DNA of 64,000 bases. Source: Octopus vulgaris (taxonomy: Eukaryota). Below the pieces are notes generated by a model. It had not been told where the DNA came from, ran no database searches, and worked only from the letters and a program-made list of their open reading frames with translations. The position numbers and the translations under genes are program-made. Positions 28,790 through 42,905 of the stretch are shown in pieces (the first letter of the stretch is position 1; the number at the start of each line of letters is the position of its first letter). The stretch lies in assembly GCA_951406725.2 (NCBI GenBank), contig OX597825.1, positions 46,562,001 to 46,626,000 on the forward strand, given 5' to 3'.

Positions 28790-30250
28790 TTTAACTAAAT
28801 CATCTTCCCATCATCATAGAGGCCTTCCAGGTGGCTTTTTCCAATCTTTTTGACATCGCTCAGCAACTGCACAGGCCCACTTGTTGTCTGTGGACCTTGC
28901 AACATGTTCAACCCAGTGGAACTTGTGTTTTCAGTATTCTGCGATCAAATCATTCACTTTGTTCCATTCTCAAATGATCTCATTTTGAGTATGCTCTTGT
29001 AATAATATTCTGAGCGTAGATCTTTCACTGGCTCTTTGTTATAGCCCATCAATATTTTTCCCTCTTTGTAATAGCCCAAATTTCATTTGCATATAAGATC
29101 ACGAGTAGGATGAAGTTATTGAAGAGTCTAACAGGTTTGGTCTCATCTAGTTTTGAGGTCAATGCTTTCCATCCTACTCTTATACTCTCTGAGATTTCAG
29201 TGTCCATATCTTGGTGCATATTCACTGTGTAGGTGTACTCCTTTACCTCCCCAGTTTCATTACTTTCCACCTCTCCTTGGCCTTGTGCTTTGTTTGAGAT
29301 ACCATGTATTCATGTGGTTCATTTTAATGCCTACTTCTGGGATATGGGTATTCAACCCTGTTAGCATGGTTTACACTTGATCTGTGGTTAGCATAGTTTA
29401 CACTTGATCTGTGGGTACGATGTCATCTGCGAATTAGAGGTGTGTTAGTAGCTTGCCATTGATATTCATGTCACCTGTCCAGTCAATGTCTCTGATGACC
29501 ATTTTAGACATGTGGTGAAGAACTTTTGAGAGATGTTAACTACTTTTTTTAATATCCTTCCCAATTGGAACTCTTACTGGTGCTAATAGCAGAGCTATAT
29601 TTGTGGTGCAGATGGAGTTTGCTTCCCTGAATAGTTCGGTGTAATGTGCCCCAATACCTTGCATTTTCATTGATTTCAGTACCACATTCATCTTGATGCT
29701 CTCAACGGTCTTTTTTGTTATCAACAAAAGTGAAGCTGGTATTTATTCACTCATTCTATAAATTCTGGCAGAGGCAAGAAGACTTTATGTTGGGAACAGC
29801 CTATTCAGGAAAGAGATGGATCTGGATAGCCCCACATGCTCAGTACAAAATATAATTCACTACATCCTGATTAATGTAATCAGATAATGATGCATACTGC
29901 AAAATGTCTTGATGATTGCACCTTTTAACACATGCAGTGATCATCACTTGCTAAAGGTGAAGCTTATGATCAATGAAATCAGAAAGAAGGCAGCTCTGTA
30001 CATGTTAATCAATACACCAAGGCCTTCAATGTAATTTCAGTTGTATGATGTTTGAGGAGGTTGATGAGGACTACAATTCATTGGTGTAGAAAATTTAGCG
30101 ATGTATATGGAAGGCAAGAGCTGTAAGCCAGTAGGAGCCTAACTGAAGAATCTTAGAAGAGACAAAATGCTTATAGAATAAGCAAATAAAAGTATTAAAA
30201 AGAAAATGTCCATAAAGTAAATGATTAAATAATAAAGTAGAAATTCTTTA
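28790..30250. mobile_element. Decayed RTE-clade LINE with internal inversion
   Basis: Minus-strand RT and C-terminus (LTHL*FADDIV; IRVGWKA; ILYANEIW) at ~28800-29760 abuts plus-strand endonuclease-end motifs (YVGNS..WIWIAP..SDHHLL) at ~29770-30250. Confidence 0.65.
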
Positions 30251-30317
30251 AAAATTATTTTTTTGTGTGTTAAGAAATATTTGCAAGCAGAAGAAAAGAA
30301 ACTTATTCAAAACTATA

Positions 30318-30697
30318 GGTGTGTAGCTGTGTGGTAAGAGGCTTGCTTTCTAACCACATAATTCCGGGTTCAATCCCACTGCATGGCACCTTGGGTAAGG
30401 TGTCTTTTACTATAGCCTTGGGCCATCCAAAGCCTTGTGAGTGGATTTAATGGGCAGAAACTGAAAGAAGCCTGTCATACATATGTTTGTGTTTGTTTCC
30501 CCACCATTGCTTGACATCCAATGTTGGTGTGTTTACATCCCTGCATCTTAGCAGTTTGACAAAAAGAGACTGATAGAATAAGTACTAGGCTCACAAAGAA
30601 TAAGTCCAGGGGTCGATTTCTTCGACTAAAAAAACCCTTTAAGGTGGTGATCCAGTATGGCAGCAGTCAAATGACTGAAACAAGTAAAAGAATAAAA
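30318..30697 (+). mobile_element. tRNA-derived SINE (full length)
   Basis: A-box-like TAGCTGTGTGG, B-box GGTTCAATCC, conserved CACCTTGGG..GTGTC core and tail GGTGGTG.TCCAG..TGAAAC. Confidence 0.8.
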
Positions 30698-32690
30698 CGT
30701 TTATGAATTTGTGTTGTAAGATTCCTGATGTGAAACCATGTGTTGAAACAGATAGTTTTGTGTTTTGAGGTCATTTTTTTGGCCAAATACACACGTGTAC
30801 TATATATTTGTTTTTCACTCATTTATTACTGTTCTTATTCTAACTTATGTCCATTATCTGGAAATCTTTCGTCACACATCTGTGACCTCTTCAGCAACAC
30901 TTTCCTTCCTTGTGTGTGTTCCTGCTCCATTCAGTCTATTCTGTTCTTCTATGATGTGTATACTTATATGCACATGAGTTTGTGTCTCTATTTGTATGTG
31001 TGCATGACTGCACGTGCATGTGCATAAGCATGTCTATGTGTTTTGCACGTGTGCATATGTGTGCTTATGCCCGTTATATTGTTGTCATCGTTATTGTCAT
31101 TGTACTTAGTAGCTCTATGGCCCTCCCATAATCTCTGCCCCCTCCCCCATTACTGGTGCTGCCCTTGACCTTGCCTTTTGGTGCCGATCCTATATCGCTC
31201 TGTGTTTGTGTCTTTTCCCCATGCTGCTGCCATCATAGCAGTTGTTGTTGTTGTCATTGTTGCTGTTGTCATAAATCCTAGAACAGCACAGAAAGGACCA
31301 GAAAAAAGATAGATAAGGCCAACTCATGGTATGACAACAAAAAATACCAGAGTGTCATGATTATCAGTGCTGCTCCTGGCAGTGAACTAGCATACCTTTT
31401 TAGAAAAGCGTTAGATAAGGCTAATCTATGGATTAAAGTAGCAGAAAGGTTTGGTGCCCCTATAAAATCCCTGATCTGTAGAACTTTTCCCTTCAGTAGG
31501 TCTCCTTGTACTGAGAACAATTGTATAGTATGTAGGATGAACCCATGGGTTAACTGTAAGGTTAGGAATGTAGTGCATAGCTTGTAGTGTACTGAAGGAT
31601 GGTGCAGAAACAAGACAACTACTTACATTGGCGAGACAGCACGCTGCATAGGGGAGTGTATAGACAAACACTGGTGGGAGCTCAAAGAGGATAAAGGCTT
31701 GTCAGTGCTCTACCAACATGCTCAAGGAGAACATAGAGGCTCAGTTAATAACACAGAGGTTAAGGCATTAGCAACACATAGAACTGACATGACACTCAGT
31801 CAGATTACAGAGGTTATGCACATAGCAATAGACAGAGTGAGCCTCTATAGAAAACATGAATGGAACAATAACATCCACCACCACCACCACCACACCATAC
31901 AACACAATGACTATAGACAGAAGGGAGGAAAAAAAGATAAAAACAGTGTAATACACACAATAAACAAATATGCAAATATCTATGATAAATATAAGAAATA
32001 GAGCTAAATAGGTAAACAAAAAAAATACTGTATGAAGGGCATGGCTATGAACAACATAATAAGCAAATCCATATACATACACAAACACACATACAATAAC
32101 TTCACAAACAATCACAACAACTTCAACAATGCAACCAACAACAACTACCACGATGCAGCAGTGTGGGTGAACACACAAACATAGGGAAATACATGAATGG
32201 TACCAAAAGTTGGGGTGAAGGGCAGCAGCAGTGATAATGGGGGTGAGAGGAGGGTCATAGAGCTACTAAGAACAACAACAATAACAATGACAACAATATA
32301 AAGGGCATAAGCCCATATATACACATAAGCACATATGTGAAACACATAGACATGCATATGCACATGCAAGCACACATGCACACACACACACATACATGTA
32401 TACACACACATGTACACACACACATACACGAATACAGATGCAAACACATGTGCATATGAGGATACACATCATAGAACAGAATAGATTAAGTGAAGCAAGA
32501 GCTCACATGAAGATGGGAAGTGTTGCTGAAGAGGTCACAGATGTATGACAAAAGATTTCCGGATAATGGACATCAGTTAAAATAAGAACATTAATAAATG
32601 AGTGAAGAACAAATATATAGTGTGTGTGTGTTTATTTGGGAAAAAAAAAATTACCATCCCAAAATACAACAATAAGAATAAAACTACTTT
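30698..32690 (+). mobile_element. Penelope-like element (GIY-YIG remnant) with inverted pseudo-LTR
   Basis: C..CRMN..CKVRNVVHSL*C..TYIGETAR at ~31510-31650. ~30750-31270 is inverted at ~32130-32670. Confidence 0.75.
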
Positions 32691-33159
32691 TATTACTACA
32701 TACCTCCTTCAACAAACTTTTCATGTATTGATTGTCATGATAACCATGACCTAACAGACCAAAAGCATTCCAACCATAAGCATCCTTTATTCTGATGGTT
32801 TTCTAGAACTATATGATGTGTTTTTTTTTTAAGAGTGTAAGATGCTAGAGAGTGCTATTCCTAGCAAATCAAAAACCTATATAGAAAATTTGTTGTTGGC
32901 TCATATTATATGTATTGACAGAATTGATAGAATGCCAGACAAAATGTTTGGTGGCATGTAATTTTGGCCCCTTAAGTTCTGAATTAAAATCCTGCCAATA
33001 ACAACTTAACCTTCATCCCTCTGGGATTGATAAAATAAACTAATAGTCAAGTACTTGGGTCAGTTTTTTTTCTAACTTTCTTTTTATAATATTTTAGTTA
33101 AATAATTAAAAAAAATTTTAATTACAATTTCTCTCTTTCTTACCATTTTTTTTTTGTAG

Positions 33160-33299
33160 CTTTCTTGGCGGAAAATTTTTCAAGCAGCTTTAGATCTCAT
33201 TGGAAAGAATGTCACCATCAGAGATAATGAAGTTGTGGTTGTTGAATCACCAGAATACATAAAAAATCTGTTAGAAGTGTTTAAAAATACAGAAGAACA
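33160..33299 (+). CDS. M13 metallopeptidase, exon c (LSWRKIFQAAL...EVVVVESPEYIKNLLEVFKNTEE)
   Basis: Poly-T/TAG acceptor and GTAAG donor, 140 nt, phase 0/2. Strong match to neprilysin FSW...EDVVVYAPEYLTKL. Confidence 0.9.
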
Positions 33300-33479
33300 G
33301 TAAGATAAATCATTTCAGAATATTTTTAAATATTTTTTCTGAAAATTAGCTACCATATCCATTCTATTACACTTATGGACTCTAGAACTTACAGCTTTAC
33401 ATAATCTCTCATTCTCCATAGAGATAGACTTCAGTATTTGGAAGCATACTTCAGTGTGTCCCATTCCATAGAAAACAAC

Positions 33480-34420
33480 CCAAATAACTCAGCCTTTGTC
33501 CTATTGTTCTCACTTCTAAAATTTCAAATGTAATGGAGACAGCCATTAACAAAGACACTCTCCAATATCTTGAATCACTCTTTCTTCAGTGATCACCAGC
33601 ATGGCTTCTGTAGAGCCACATCCACTGGGGACTACTCTCTTATGTTACTCACTAGTGGGCTCTCACTGAAATTCAGTGAATGCAATGTTGCAGTTTTGAA
33701 ACTTTCAACTACATCTGGCATCCAAATCTTGCATCAAAACTGTCTGCAACAAGCTTTTGTTCATTTCTCCTGTCTTTGATCTGTAGCTTACTGTCAGATT
33801 GTACTGTTGTGGAATGTACTGACAGAGCTCTTTCTACCCAACATTCAGTCAACTCTGGTGTTCCCCAGAATACTGTTTTGTCTCCCACTCTCTTCCTTCT
33901 GTACATGAATGATCTACTGGTCAACACATTTAACAACTCCATTTATGTGATGGTATGACCCTTTATTCTTCCCCCAGATATCTCATACCAAACCTGCATT
34001 GACTCCATAAACAGAAACCTCGATGGAATTTTTCAGTCAACCTTGTCTATTTTAACAGCAAAAAACTTAAGTGCGAATCATATCAAGAAACACTACTACA
34101 CTACACCTGTGCTAAATATGAGTGACACTCAGCTAGAGCCCACACAATCACTTTCAATTCTGAGTCTCTGAGTATCACTGAGTATCTCTCTTTGCAAATG
34201 TACATCTTTGGCATAGTTGGAACTGCATTCTAAATACTAGTCTTTCTCAACAGTTTTTTGGCACTCTGCAAGGCTGAAGTAGGGCCCACATCTGAAATGG
34301 TCTGTTGTTACACACTGACATCTTGGACTGCATCTAGAGAAGAGTCGCTTAGCTGACTGACATTCTATTACTAATGGACACACTTCAGCTTCTGGTCTAC
34401 AGGTGGCTGACTTATCTCTC
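33480..34420 (+). mobile_element. Decayed CR1/Jockey-type LINE RT fragment
   Basis: SDHQHGFCRATST and NSGVPQNTVLSPTLFLLYMNDL, with frameshifts. Confidence 0.7.
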
Positions 34421-34719
34421 ATTTTATGTCATTTCTGTCACTACCATAATGGCTTCTGTTCCTTGGATCTGAGTGATCTTATGCTTCTACAATTCAGGTA
34501 CTCCTGACCCACTCATCTCTCCATCTTTTTCAACCTTTGTTGCATCAAATTTTGTTTTCTCCACATTAACTTCTATATCAAATACTAGTTCCCCACGACA
34601 TCAACCCTCTGGAGTTCACTTAATACTCGTGTTGTTCCTGTCAACCTACAAGAGTTTAAATGGAATATTAAAGGCAGCAATTGCTTCACTATTGGAGAGC
34701 ATCAAGTAAAAGTAAAAAC

Positions 34720-36830
34720 AAAAAAGTCACAGTCCCCTAAAAGTTTACCTGAAATGATAAATGATTTTTCTGAAAAATTAAACACCATCCCTCTTTTGTC
34801 TCTTTTGTATGCCTTTTCTACTTTTTACCCAATGCATCATTTTACCTATGTATTTGGTAATCACGCCATCTTCCCAACTCTGCTTTCCATTCTTATATAC
34901 ACCTTCCCTCATATACACGTTTTCACCAACTTCAAAGAATATTGCTATGTCTTCCTTGACACTTTTTTCTTTTCTTGCCAAGTAGCAATTTATCAAAGAT
35001 TGATTTTACTTTCCTCACCATCGCCTCCACAGATGATCTACCTACTGGTATATTTGGATTTGGTGTCACATGGTGCACTCTTAAAAATTGTTCTAGAGCT
35101 ACCTCATCCATGACTTTCTTATTTGATTTTCTTAGAGCTCTCTTGAAGGTATTGACAAAGCATTCTGCCTGTCCATTAGGTCTGGGATGGTATGGTGCAG
35201 TAGTTATATGTTCTACTGTGAACATTTCACAAAACTTTTAAAATTTACTAGGCACAAACTGTGTTCTGTTGTCAGACACTATCTTATCTGGGATGCTAAA
35301 TCTTGCAAACAATTTGTGTAAAAATTTTATCATGATTGAGGAGGTTGGTTTTGTACACTTGAAAATTTCTAGCCATTTTGAGAAGCTATCAACTACCACT
35401 AAGTAGTAAGAACCATTTAAAGGACCAGCGAAAACGATGTGTAAGTCTCAACCATGGAACCTCTACTTTTGAGCAATGTTTACTTTTTATCGTGGGCAAT
35501 TTTTCCTTTCATTTTGGCTCACATACAGGTGTTCCACTCTGTTTTATTGTAATTTTTTTGTTTCAGTCCCTCAGCCACATTCGAACTTTCTACTGAATTG
35601 ACTATATTTCCTCACAAAACATTTATGAGTGTATTCCACAACTTGAGTAGTTCCATCCACTCTGTGCCAGATAGATGAAGTGAATCTTTTAATACATATA
35701 TCTTTGCCTTTTTTTTTTACCTTGAAATGTTACATTACATACGAATTCACTGAAAATATATAATCTTTTTCTTGTAACAACATGTGCTACCTTTTTTGAT
35801 TTAATTAATTTCGGCTTACCGACATATTTCCAATTTTTTCGTTTATAATGGTGATATCACTAACAGTTGCATTTTCATAGTTGTATTTCTGATTTTCACC
35901 TTCACAAATTTCCTCTTCATTATATTACCAATTTCTACTGATGACGTACTATTTATTCTTTTTCCTTTGTTCTGACATTTTATCATCGTTCTACAGTGCA
36001 TCTTTGTCCGTTCAATATTACCACAGTAAAAGCACTTTGCTTTCTTAAATGGACAATTTTTCCTTAGGTGTATACCTTCACATGCAAAACATGGGTCTAT
36101 TTCCTGATTTTTCTTGTTTTTAGAAAACACTTTATCTTTATTCTGACAATTTCGCCCTTGCTTTAATTGAAAACAGTCTCTACATTCAGTTTCCTCTGTG
36201 ACATATCTTAATTTTACTATCCTTTCACATTCTCCTAACACTTGCTGTAGGGTTACATCCTGGTTTTGTTCCAGCTTTGTGAGAATTCTAGTTCTAACTT
36301 CTGCGTCTTTTTCTGCTGTTAGTCTCTATGTAAAAATTAGGCATTTTAACATATCTTTACAATCTTTCTCATCCCAATCTTTACAATCTTTCTCGAAGAT
36401 TTTCTCATATCTTCTGTAACTCCTTTGTCTGGTTCATATTTGAACTCTGTTATGGAGTTTGTGACAGAGTCTGTCAAGAACATTGATTCTGACATTCCTG
36501 TTGATTTCAGTAATTGCAGCATTTGTTGCTGTAATATTTGTTGTTGTTGTTGCTCTTGCAGTTGTATCTACTGCTGTTGTTATTCTTTCAATTGCTGTTG
36601 TTGCTGTTTTTGCAGCTCAAGCAAGCCATTTTATGACTTTTTTGTAAAATTCGCACAAAACTTTGTAAGCTTACTTACTCCTCTTCGAGTTTCTATTAGC
36701 ACCACATGAATTGGTTTATCCACATTGAGTTTATTAATTCCTTGTGATTTGTTTAAATCCTTGTTGAGTTTATTAATTCCTCATGAGTTCTTTAAATCAT
36801 CATTGCCACTGTTATATCCTTATTATGCTT
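34720..36830 (-). mobile_element. Decayed Gypsy-type LTR retrotransposon internal region (gag zinc knuckles, integrase)
   Basis: CFAC..H..NCPFKKAKCFYC..HC (35843-36241) and TAPYHPRPNGQAECFVNTFKRAL (34932-35225). PBS-like ACA|GTGGC at ~36805 and PPT-like AGGGGAC|TGT at ~34730. Confidence 0.8.
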
Positions 36831-37716
36831 GATTGTTATAATGTCCACTTCAGTATACAGTACATTTAGTAAAACCAGTAAAGACGCGATTATCTCCAAC
36901 TGCCTACTATGTACTCTGGTACTTCACATACTTCTCTTTACTTATAGTGACTAGGTTATTCTGTTCATCACATGGAAGAGGTGTACCATTATTACTAATT
37001 CCATACAACATTTTCTGAACCACTTTCACTTGCACTAGACTCATGCACACCATCACTTGTAGATGTGATTGCCAATCCACAAGCACTTGTAGACAGACTT
37101 ATAGATTTCTTTTTAAAAAACAAGTCTAGAGTTGTTTTGCTTAGAAGAAGCTTTTTATTGTTCCCTGTAAATTTCTTGGTAACACACAGAAGCATTTGTT
37201 ATGATAGCAGAAACTTTTGCTCTTCATTCAAAATTTGGATCTTGTGCTTGTAAAATATAATTCGTAAACCCAGGGTCTTGTAAAGCAGGTCCTCATAAAG
37301 TAAGGTATTATTGTATATGTACTCATCTTTCTTTCTCCATGCTTTTATTAGTAACAAAGTTTCCTCTCTTTATGGAAGACCATATGAAACATACAGCTGA
37401 CATAATGCTTCATGGTAGCAAGATATGGATACTAAATGTCAAAAGTTTTAGATGTTAGAGAGAAGTGTGACAAATGAAGAAAGCAGCTGGGCATTAAATG
37501 CATCTGTTAATGTAGGCAGGAGAGGTCAATGTGTTGCTATGAATATGTGACACAGTTGTATGGTGCTTGCAAGATGAAAAGAAAGCCATGATCTAATTGT
37601 CAGCATAGGGCATTCATTGATGAGAAAGATTATGAAAGCCATGGGAGAAGATTGTGTCTCAGATCTTGTATTGTAATAACTTCTTAATATTCTCTACCTT
37701 TTTTTAAAATTTCAAG

Positions 37717-37810
37717 TGACTTGATAGACTTTGTACTGATGAGGTTTGTAATGTCCAAAATTGATGCTATGCCAGACCCTTTCTATAAAATGTACCAAGA
37801 CTATAAACAT
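37717..37810 (+). CDS. M13 metallopeptidase, exon d (DLIDFVLMRFVMSKIDAMPDPFYKMYQDYKH)
   Basis: AAG acceptor and GTAAGT donor, 94 nt, phase 2/0, matching the previous exon. Resembles neprilysin DLQNLMSWRFIM. Confidence 0.88.
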
Positions 37811-37853
37811 GTAAGTAAATTTATTCTTTGTTCACATTTCTATTATAAATGTA

Positions 37854-38290
37854 TCTCTATATATAAAACTGAGAATGTGTATGTGTGTGTCTGTTTGTCT
37901 GTGTGAATCCCTAAAACTTGAGAACTACACAACCAATTTCATTCAAATTTTACACATGCCTTACTTAGGGTCTATGTAGTGTCATGGGCAAAAAAATTTA
38001 ACTTATTGCCTAGGGCGAGCCCACAGCAATATCATATCTTCTCCACTATTTCAGTATTACGTGTTAAAAGTGAAACAAAAACATCTCTCTATTGTAATGT
38101 CACATGCTTTCACTTTAATACTGAAACTAATAAAGTGAAACTATTATATAAGATGGATGAACCATTAACAGTGGACATCCATTTTGCTAGAAGAAGATCC
38201 ACTATGGTCTTATATGCTACACCACTGGTTTTCAATTCGTATTAATCAAATTAATAGTCATTTTTTCACCCTTATTATTTTAAATTTAAA
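37854..38290 (+). mobile_element. Helitron-like element, 5' portion (same family as 55617)
   Basis: A|TCTCTATATATAAAACTGAGAATG... is near-identical to 55617-55875. No 3' CTAG end found. Confidence 0.65.
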
Positions 38291-38304
38291 TTTATATATA
38301 TATA

Positions 38305-38367
<63 letters not shown>

Positions 38368-38434
38368 GATGTATACATATAGATGTATATACATAGATGT
38401 ATATATATTGATGTATATATATATATATATTAAA

Positions 38435-39840
38435 TTAGAGATAAAACCACTATTAGGCAAATCAAACAGTGAAAAACATAAACCAATACAGAGAAATAAA
38501 ATTAATTAATATACAAAATATATAAAATATAAAATTCAAAATTAAAATTATCTAAATTTAAAATTTATAAAATTATTTAAATTATTAATACTTATAAATT
38601 AATACTTATAGTTCATCACAAAACCTCGCAAAGCTAAGTATATATTTATATTTAAGATTTTAAAATTTTAAAATTTAAATATTTTAATAAGTCTTATTGT
38701 ATTTTATATAAATACTGATGGTTATGTAATGATCTAGTTATCGTAGTTTTTTCTATATAATTATTAGATTTTAACTTTACGTTTATTCGTAAGACTTTAC
38801 TTAGCAAAAGAGATATATAGATCGTTAACAGTTACACGAGTTTTTTTAAAGTTAGGTTTCATGTATATACATGTATTGATAGCATAAATTTTAGTCTTAA
38901 ATAACTATATTTGTTGATAGTTATTTTAAATTTTTTATAATTGTTATTATAACTTATATATTGTTTTTTTTTTAAATTGATAATTGGTAGTAATATTTTT
39001 TCCATTGATAAATATATTCGTAGTATTTATTTGATACTATATAACTACGGATTGATTATTTCATTAAGTATTTTATTATTTCATTTTAGTTTCTTAACTA
39101 TACGATTTTTGTAAGTTATTAGTTAGCCAACGAGATATATGGATTGTTAATTAGTTATAGCGTTCTTTTAAGATTGTTTGTTTGTTTGTTTTCAATTAGC
39201 TATTTCATCTTTAATCTTTTAATATCTTTATAAGTAATAATGAATAATTAATTTATTAGGTCTTTATTATAAGTGCATATATTTATTGATAGAGATAATT
39301 TTAGATCTTAATTCTTATATTTATCTACATTTATATATTTTCATTGATAATTTAGTTATTATTCAAATATTATATAATTATTTGACTTGAAATTATATTT
39401 AATAATATGAATAGTAATTTTTTTTTTGTAAAATATTTTTGTAATTAGATATTGACTATAACAGAGATTAGATTATTTGTGGGTTTCTTACCTTAAAAAT
39501 TAATATTTAACATTATAATTGATTGTATGACATAATCATAATCGTTAAAGTTTCTAGTTTGATAATAGAGTTTTTTATAAGAAAAATTATTATTTTATTT
39601 ATTTCTTAAAAAATATTGTTTAAATATTTTTGATTATTTATTTAAATATTATCATTAACCTGAAGATTGACTATAACCATAATTCGATTTATTAATTGAA
39701 TTTAAATTATTGTTATTTGAATTAGGTTATGGACATGAAATGATCGTAGTAGTTTTACTCTTTATCTTATATTAAACTTTTTAATACTTTTTGATAGTTA
39801 TATTTATTTAAAAAAAATTAAAATAATACTTCTCTAAATT
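38435..39840 (+). mobile_element. Extremely AT-rich decayed Penelope-like element with hammerhead motif at 39655-39752
   Basis: CUGAAGA-U-UGACUAUAACC...GGUUAUGGACA-U-GAAA-UGAUCG-UA. The surrounding sequence is almost devoid of G/C. Confidence 0.5.
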
Positions 39841-40999
39841 GTTTATGGGCAAAAACCAGCTGGCAGGAAACTCAGGGACAGACCACAAGCAAAATAGTTG
39901 GATAACATCCATGAGTTTGATTGATTTTGCTTGGGGATCCAGCAGAATCAATTGGTGACAGTAGCTTCTGACAGAATCTGATGGAAGGTGTATTTGTGGA
40001 CTCTATCCCAACAACCCTCCCAAGAATAAGTGCACTAAGAAAATGAGATGAGATGACTCCCTGGTGACTATCTATACCATACTTTAAATGATTAATTGTA
40101 GTAGAACACAGTTGAATGATTAATTGTGGAAAAGGCATCCCACCATAAAAGCTATTGTTTTAATTAAAATCACCCTATGTATACAATGCTTGTGAAAATA
40201 GGTAGCTATTACACCCCATCCTGAGTTAGAACCTTTTATTCTTTGTCCTCAATCACAGTTTTCTTTCAGAAAATCCCATAAAATAAATATAATAAAGATA
40301 ATTTTTAAAATTTGAATAAACCAAATGAGGTTTGTTTCGTAAAAACTCTGTTATGTTGGTGAGAATAAAAATCTACTTTGGGACATCATTTGAAAGTATT
40401 TGAACAGAAGTTTCTTGTTCAATGAACACACACCTCTATGTTTTACTGTTATCTGTTCTTTCCAAAGAAATATAAGTGGATGAAAGTTTAATATTTCATT
40501 CATCTTTCTTGGAGAATTTTTCATTTAGATGAACAAAATAGTTCTTAAAGGCAACGCAGTAATTACATAATTTAAGATTAAATAATTAAATAATCAGGTG
40601 TGGGTTATGTATATTAAGGAAGGGAGATGAGATAACTGTAACCTCTTCACATAACTGCCAATGAACTGTAAGCAATTTTTTGTAAGTTTGGATTGTTTTC
40701 AATATTTTATTATTAATAACAATTATTGTACAGATTGGACTCACGCTTATCAACCTAAAACACTTGGTATCTCATTCATAATATGCCACTTTAGATGCAG
40801 GACAATTTTTTAACATATTTGAAAATATAGAAACACTGCTTATATGCTGGAAAAAGGATAATTTATTTTAGAATAAAAGTAATAGTTTTAAAGAAGTGCT
40901 TTTAGTATTAGCCAGTTGATATTAATTTTTGTTGAGGTTTAACTTAATGATCTTTGTAATTATTTTCACTGTCTGAAAAACTATTTCTTCTTATTAAAG

Positions 41000-41125
41000 G
41001 TAACTAGTGGAATCAGTGCAGACAACCGACCCCTCAGCTGTGTCCTGTTTGTTGGAAATTTAGTGCCAGGTGTAATCAGTAAAATCTATGCCAGACGATA
41101 TTTTTCTGATGCTGATAAATATAAG
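41000..41125 (+). CDS. M13 metallopeptidase, exon e (VTSGISADNRPLSCVLFVGNLVPGVISKIYARRYFSDADKYK)
   Basis: AG/GTAAG boundaries, 126 nt, phase 0/0. Conserved Cys and ..Y...F pattern of neprilysin WRRC..VGRLYV..F. Confidence 0.88.
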
Positions 41126-41401
41126 GTAAGAAATGTTGAGCAGGAATAAAATAGGCATTTAACTTATTATATAAAGTTTTAGAAAAATTTACATAGTTTT
41201 TATATAGCTATTTTGTTTTGCTATCTTAATAATTGTAAACTCACAGGAGGTTAAGAAGTTTGTTTCTCAAAAACATGGTTTCAGGTTCAGTTTCACTGTG
41301 TTGCACCTTGGGTAAGTATCTTCTACTAAAGCCCCAGGCCAACCAAAGCCTTGTGGATGGCATTGGGAAAGAGAAACTGAAAGAAACCTACCATACATAC
41401 A

Positions 41402-41450
<49 letters not shown>

Positions 41451-41639
41451 CATTATGTATGTATATATGTATGTTATTGATCAGTTTCAGCTTTAGATTT
41501 TCTGCCAGTGGAAAAAGAGTCAGTTTCTTACCCAAATTCAAGGCTCCTTTATTAGAATTTCAACAACAGGGTATTTGTGCCTGTGCAGATCTTTATGTTT
41601 TGTTTTATGTATATATAATCATGTGTATAGTTGAATGTC

Positions 41640-41980
41640 TAGACATGTGCATGTGCACTTATATACTAAACGTTTAGAATGTTTTACATTGATGTGATGA
41701 CTTTTACGTAGTTTCCTCTTTTCTGGTTTTGAGAACAGTAATTTCTCAAAACTGATGCTGAGACAGTTTGTTACATATACTAGTGCCTCAATAATTATAG
41801 GTATAAACCTGAACTTGTGATTCAAGTAGAGTAGCTGTAAATTTACACAATAGTTCTGCATAGTCATTTTCCTTTTATGCTGGTCTTTAAACTTTCTGTT
41901 CATACCCATAGGGCAACTGATTTCCACTACTGTATATAGTTTCTCTTCTTAGTCCCAAATCACTATGTATTAGATAGAGC
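41640..41980 (-). mobile_element. RLE-type (R4/NeSL-like) LINE C-terminal fragment
   Basis: EISCP...LQLLY..KFRFIPIIIEAL motif. Confidence 0.5.
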
Positions 41981-42905
41981 TCAACACAGGCTCATTGGTT
42001 CCTGTTGAACTGTCCAGTCCATGCCAGCATGGAAGGAGGATGTTAAATGATGATGATGTTAATTTAGAAATAGTAACAGTTCTGATTAACCTAACATACA
42101 ATACTCACAATGATTTGGGTAAATATTGCTTTTAAATTAATTTAATCAAAGAAGATTTAAATTAATTAACTATGTATTCTAATTATGTAATTATAGAATT
42201 AATGGTGTTTATGCTAATGAAATAGCTGTTGAGCATAATTAAATTATGAATTATATGTAGAATATATGCTTTTCTGCTTTTTATCTATGATGATAAATGC
42301 CAAAACAAATTTCTGTATGTCAGTGTGTCATACTCTGACCCTCTCTCTCACTATTCAGTGACACTTCTTCTATTCCTCTTGCTGGAGTGAGAGTAAGTGA
42401 AGGCATAGAGAAGGTGGTGGTGGTAGTAGATTGACAATTGAGATGGTAATGGGGTGTTAGTAATAGTATGAGCTGTAGTTGTGATAGAAGCAGAGGTGAC
42501 TGTGAAGATGGTGGTGGTGGTGGTGGTGGTGGTGGTAGCTGAGGTGGTCAAGTATGACAGTGATAGTAAGGGATGTGAAAGACAGTGGTGATGGTGGTGT
42601 AGGGGAAGGTGATGAAGTCAAAGGTGTTGATGGTGGTGGCGTGAGAAGTCTGAATGGTGTGTGTATGGCAGTTGTGGTGGCGATGGTGGTGACACTGGAG
42701 ATGGTGATGGTTGAAAAAATCAACAGAAAGAGAGAGAGAAAGAAATAGGTTAGACAGAAAAAAAATTGTACTGACCCCCCAGTGGGAAGGCAGAAAATGT
42801 TTATCATGAAGCTTTGTAATAAGTTCCAAATACAGATATGATATCATTGTTTTGACAAAAATTGTTCATTGCTTGAAAAATATTGGTCAAGTTTAATAAA
42901 ATTTA

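Noticed and set aside
30318-30400. tRNA-like sequence (also at 42906 and ~41250)
   Set aside because: A/B boxes continue into a shared SINE body and tail, and no complete cloverleaf is evident. These are SINE heads, not tRNA genes.
42351-42847. Thr/His/Val-rich ORFs
   Set aside because: Derived from degenerate (GGT)n/(GAT)n low-complexity repeat.
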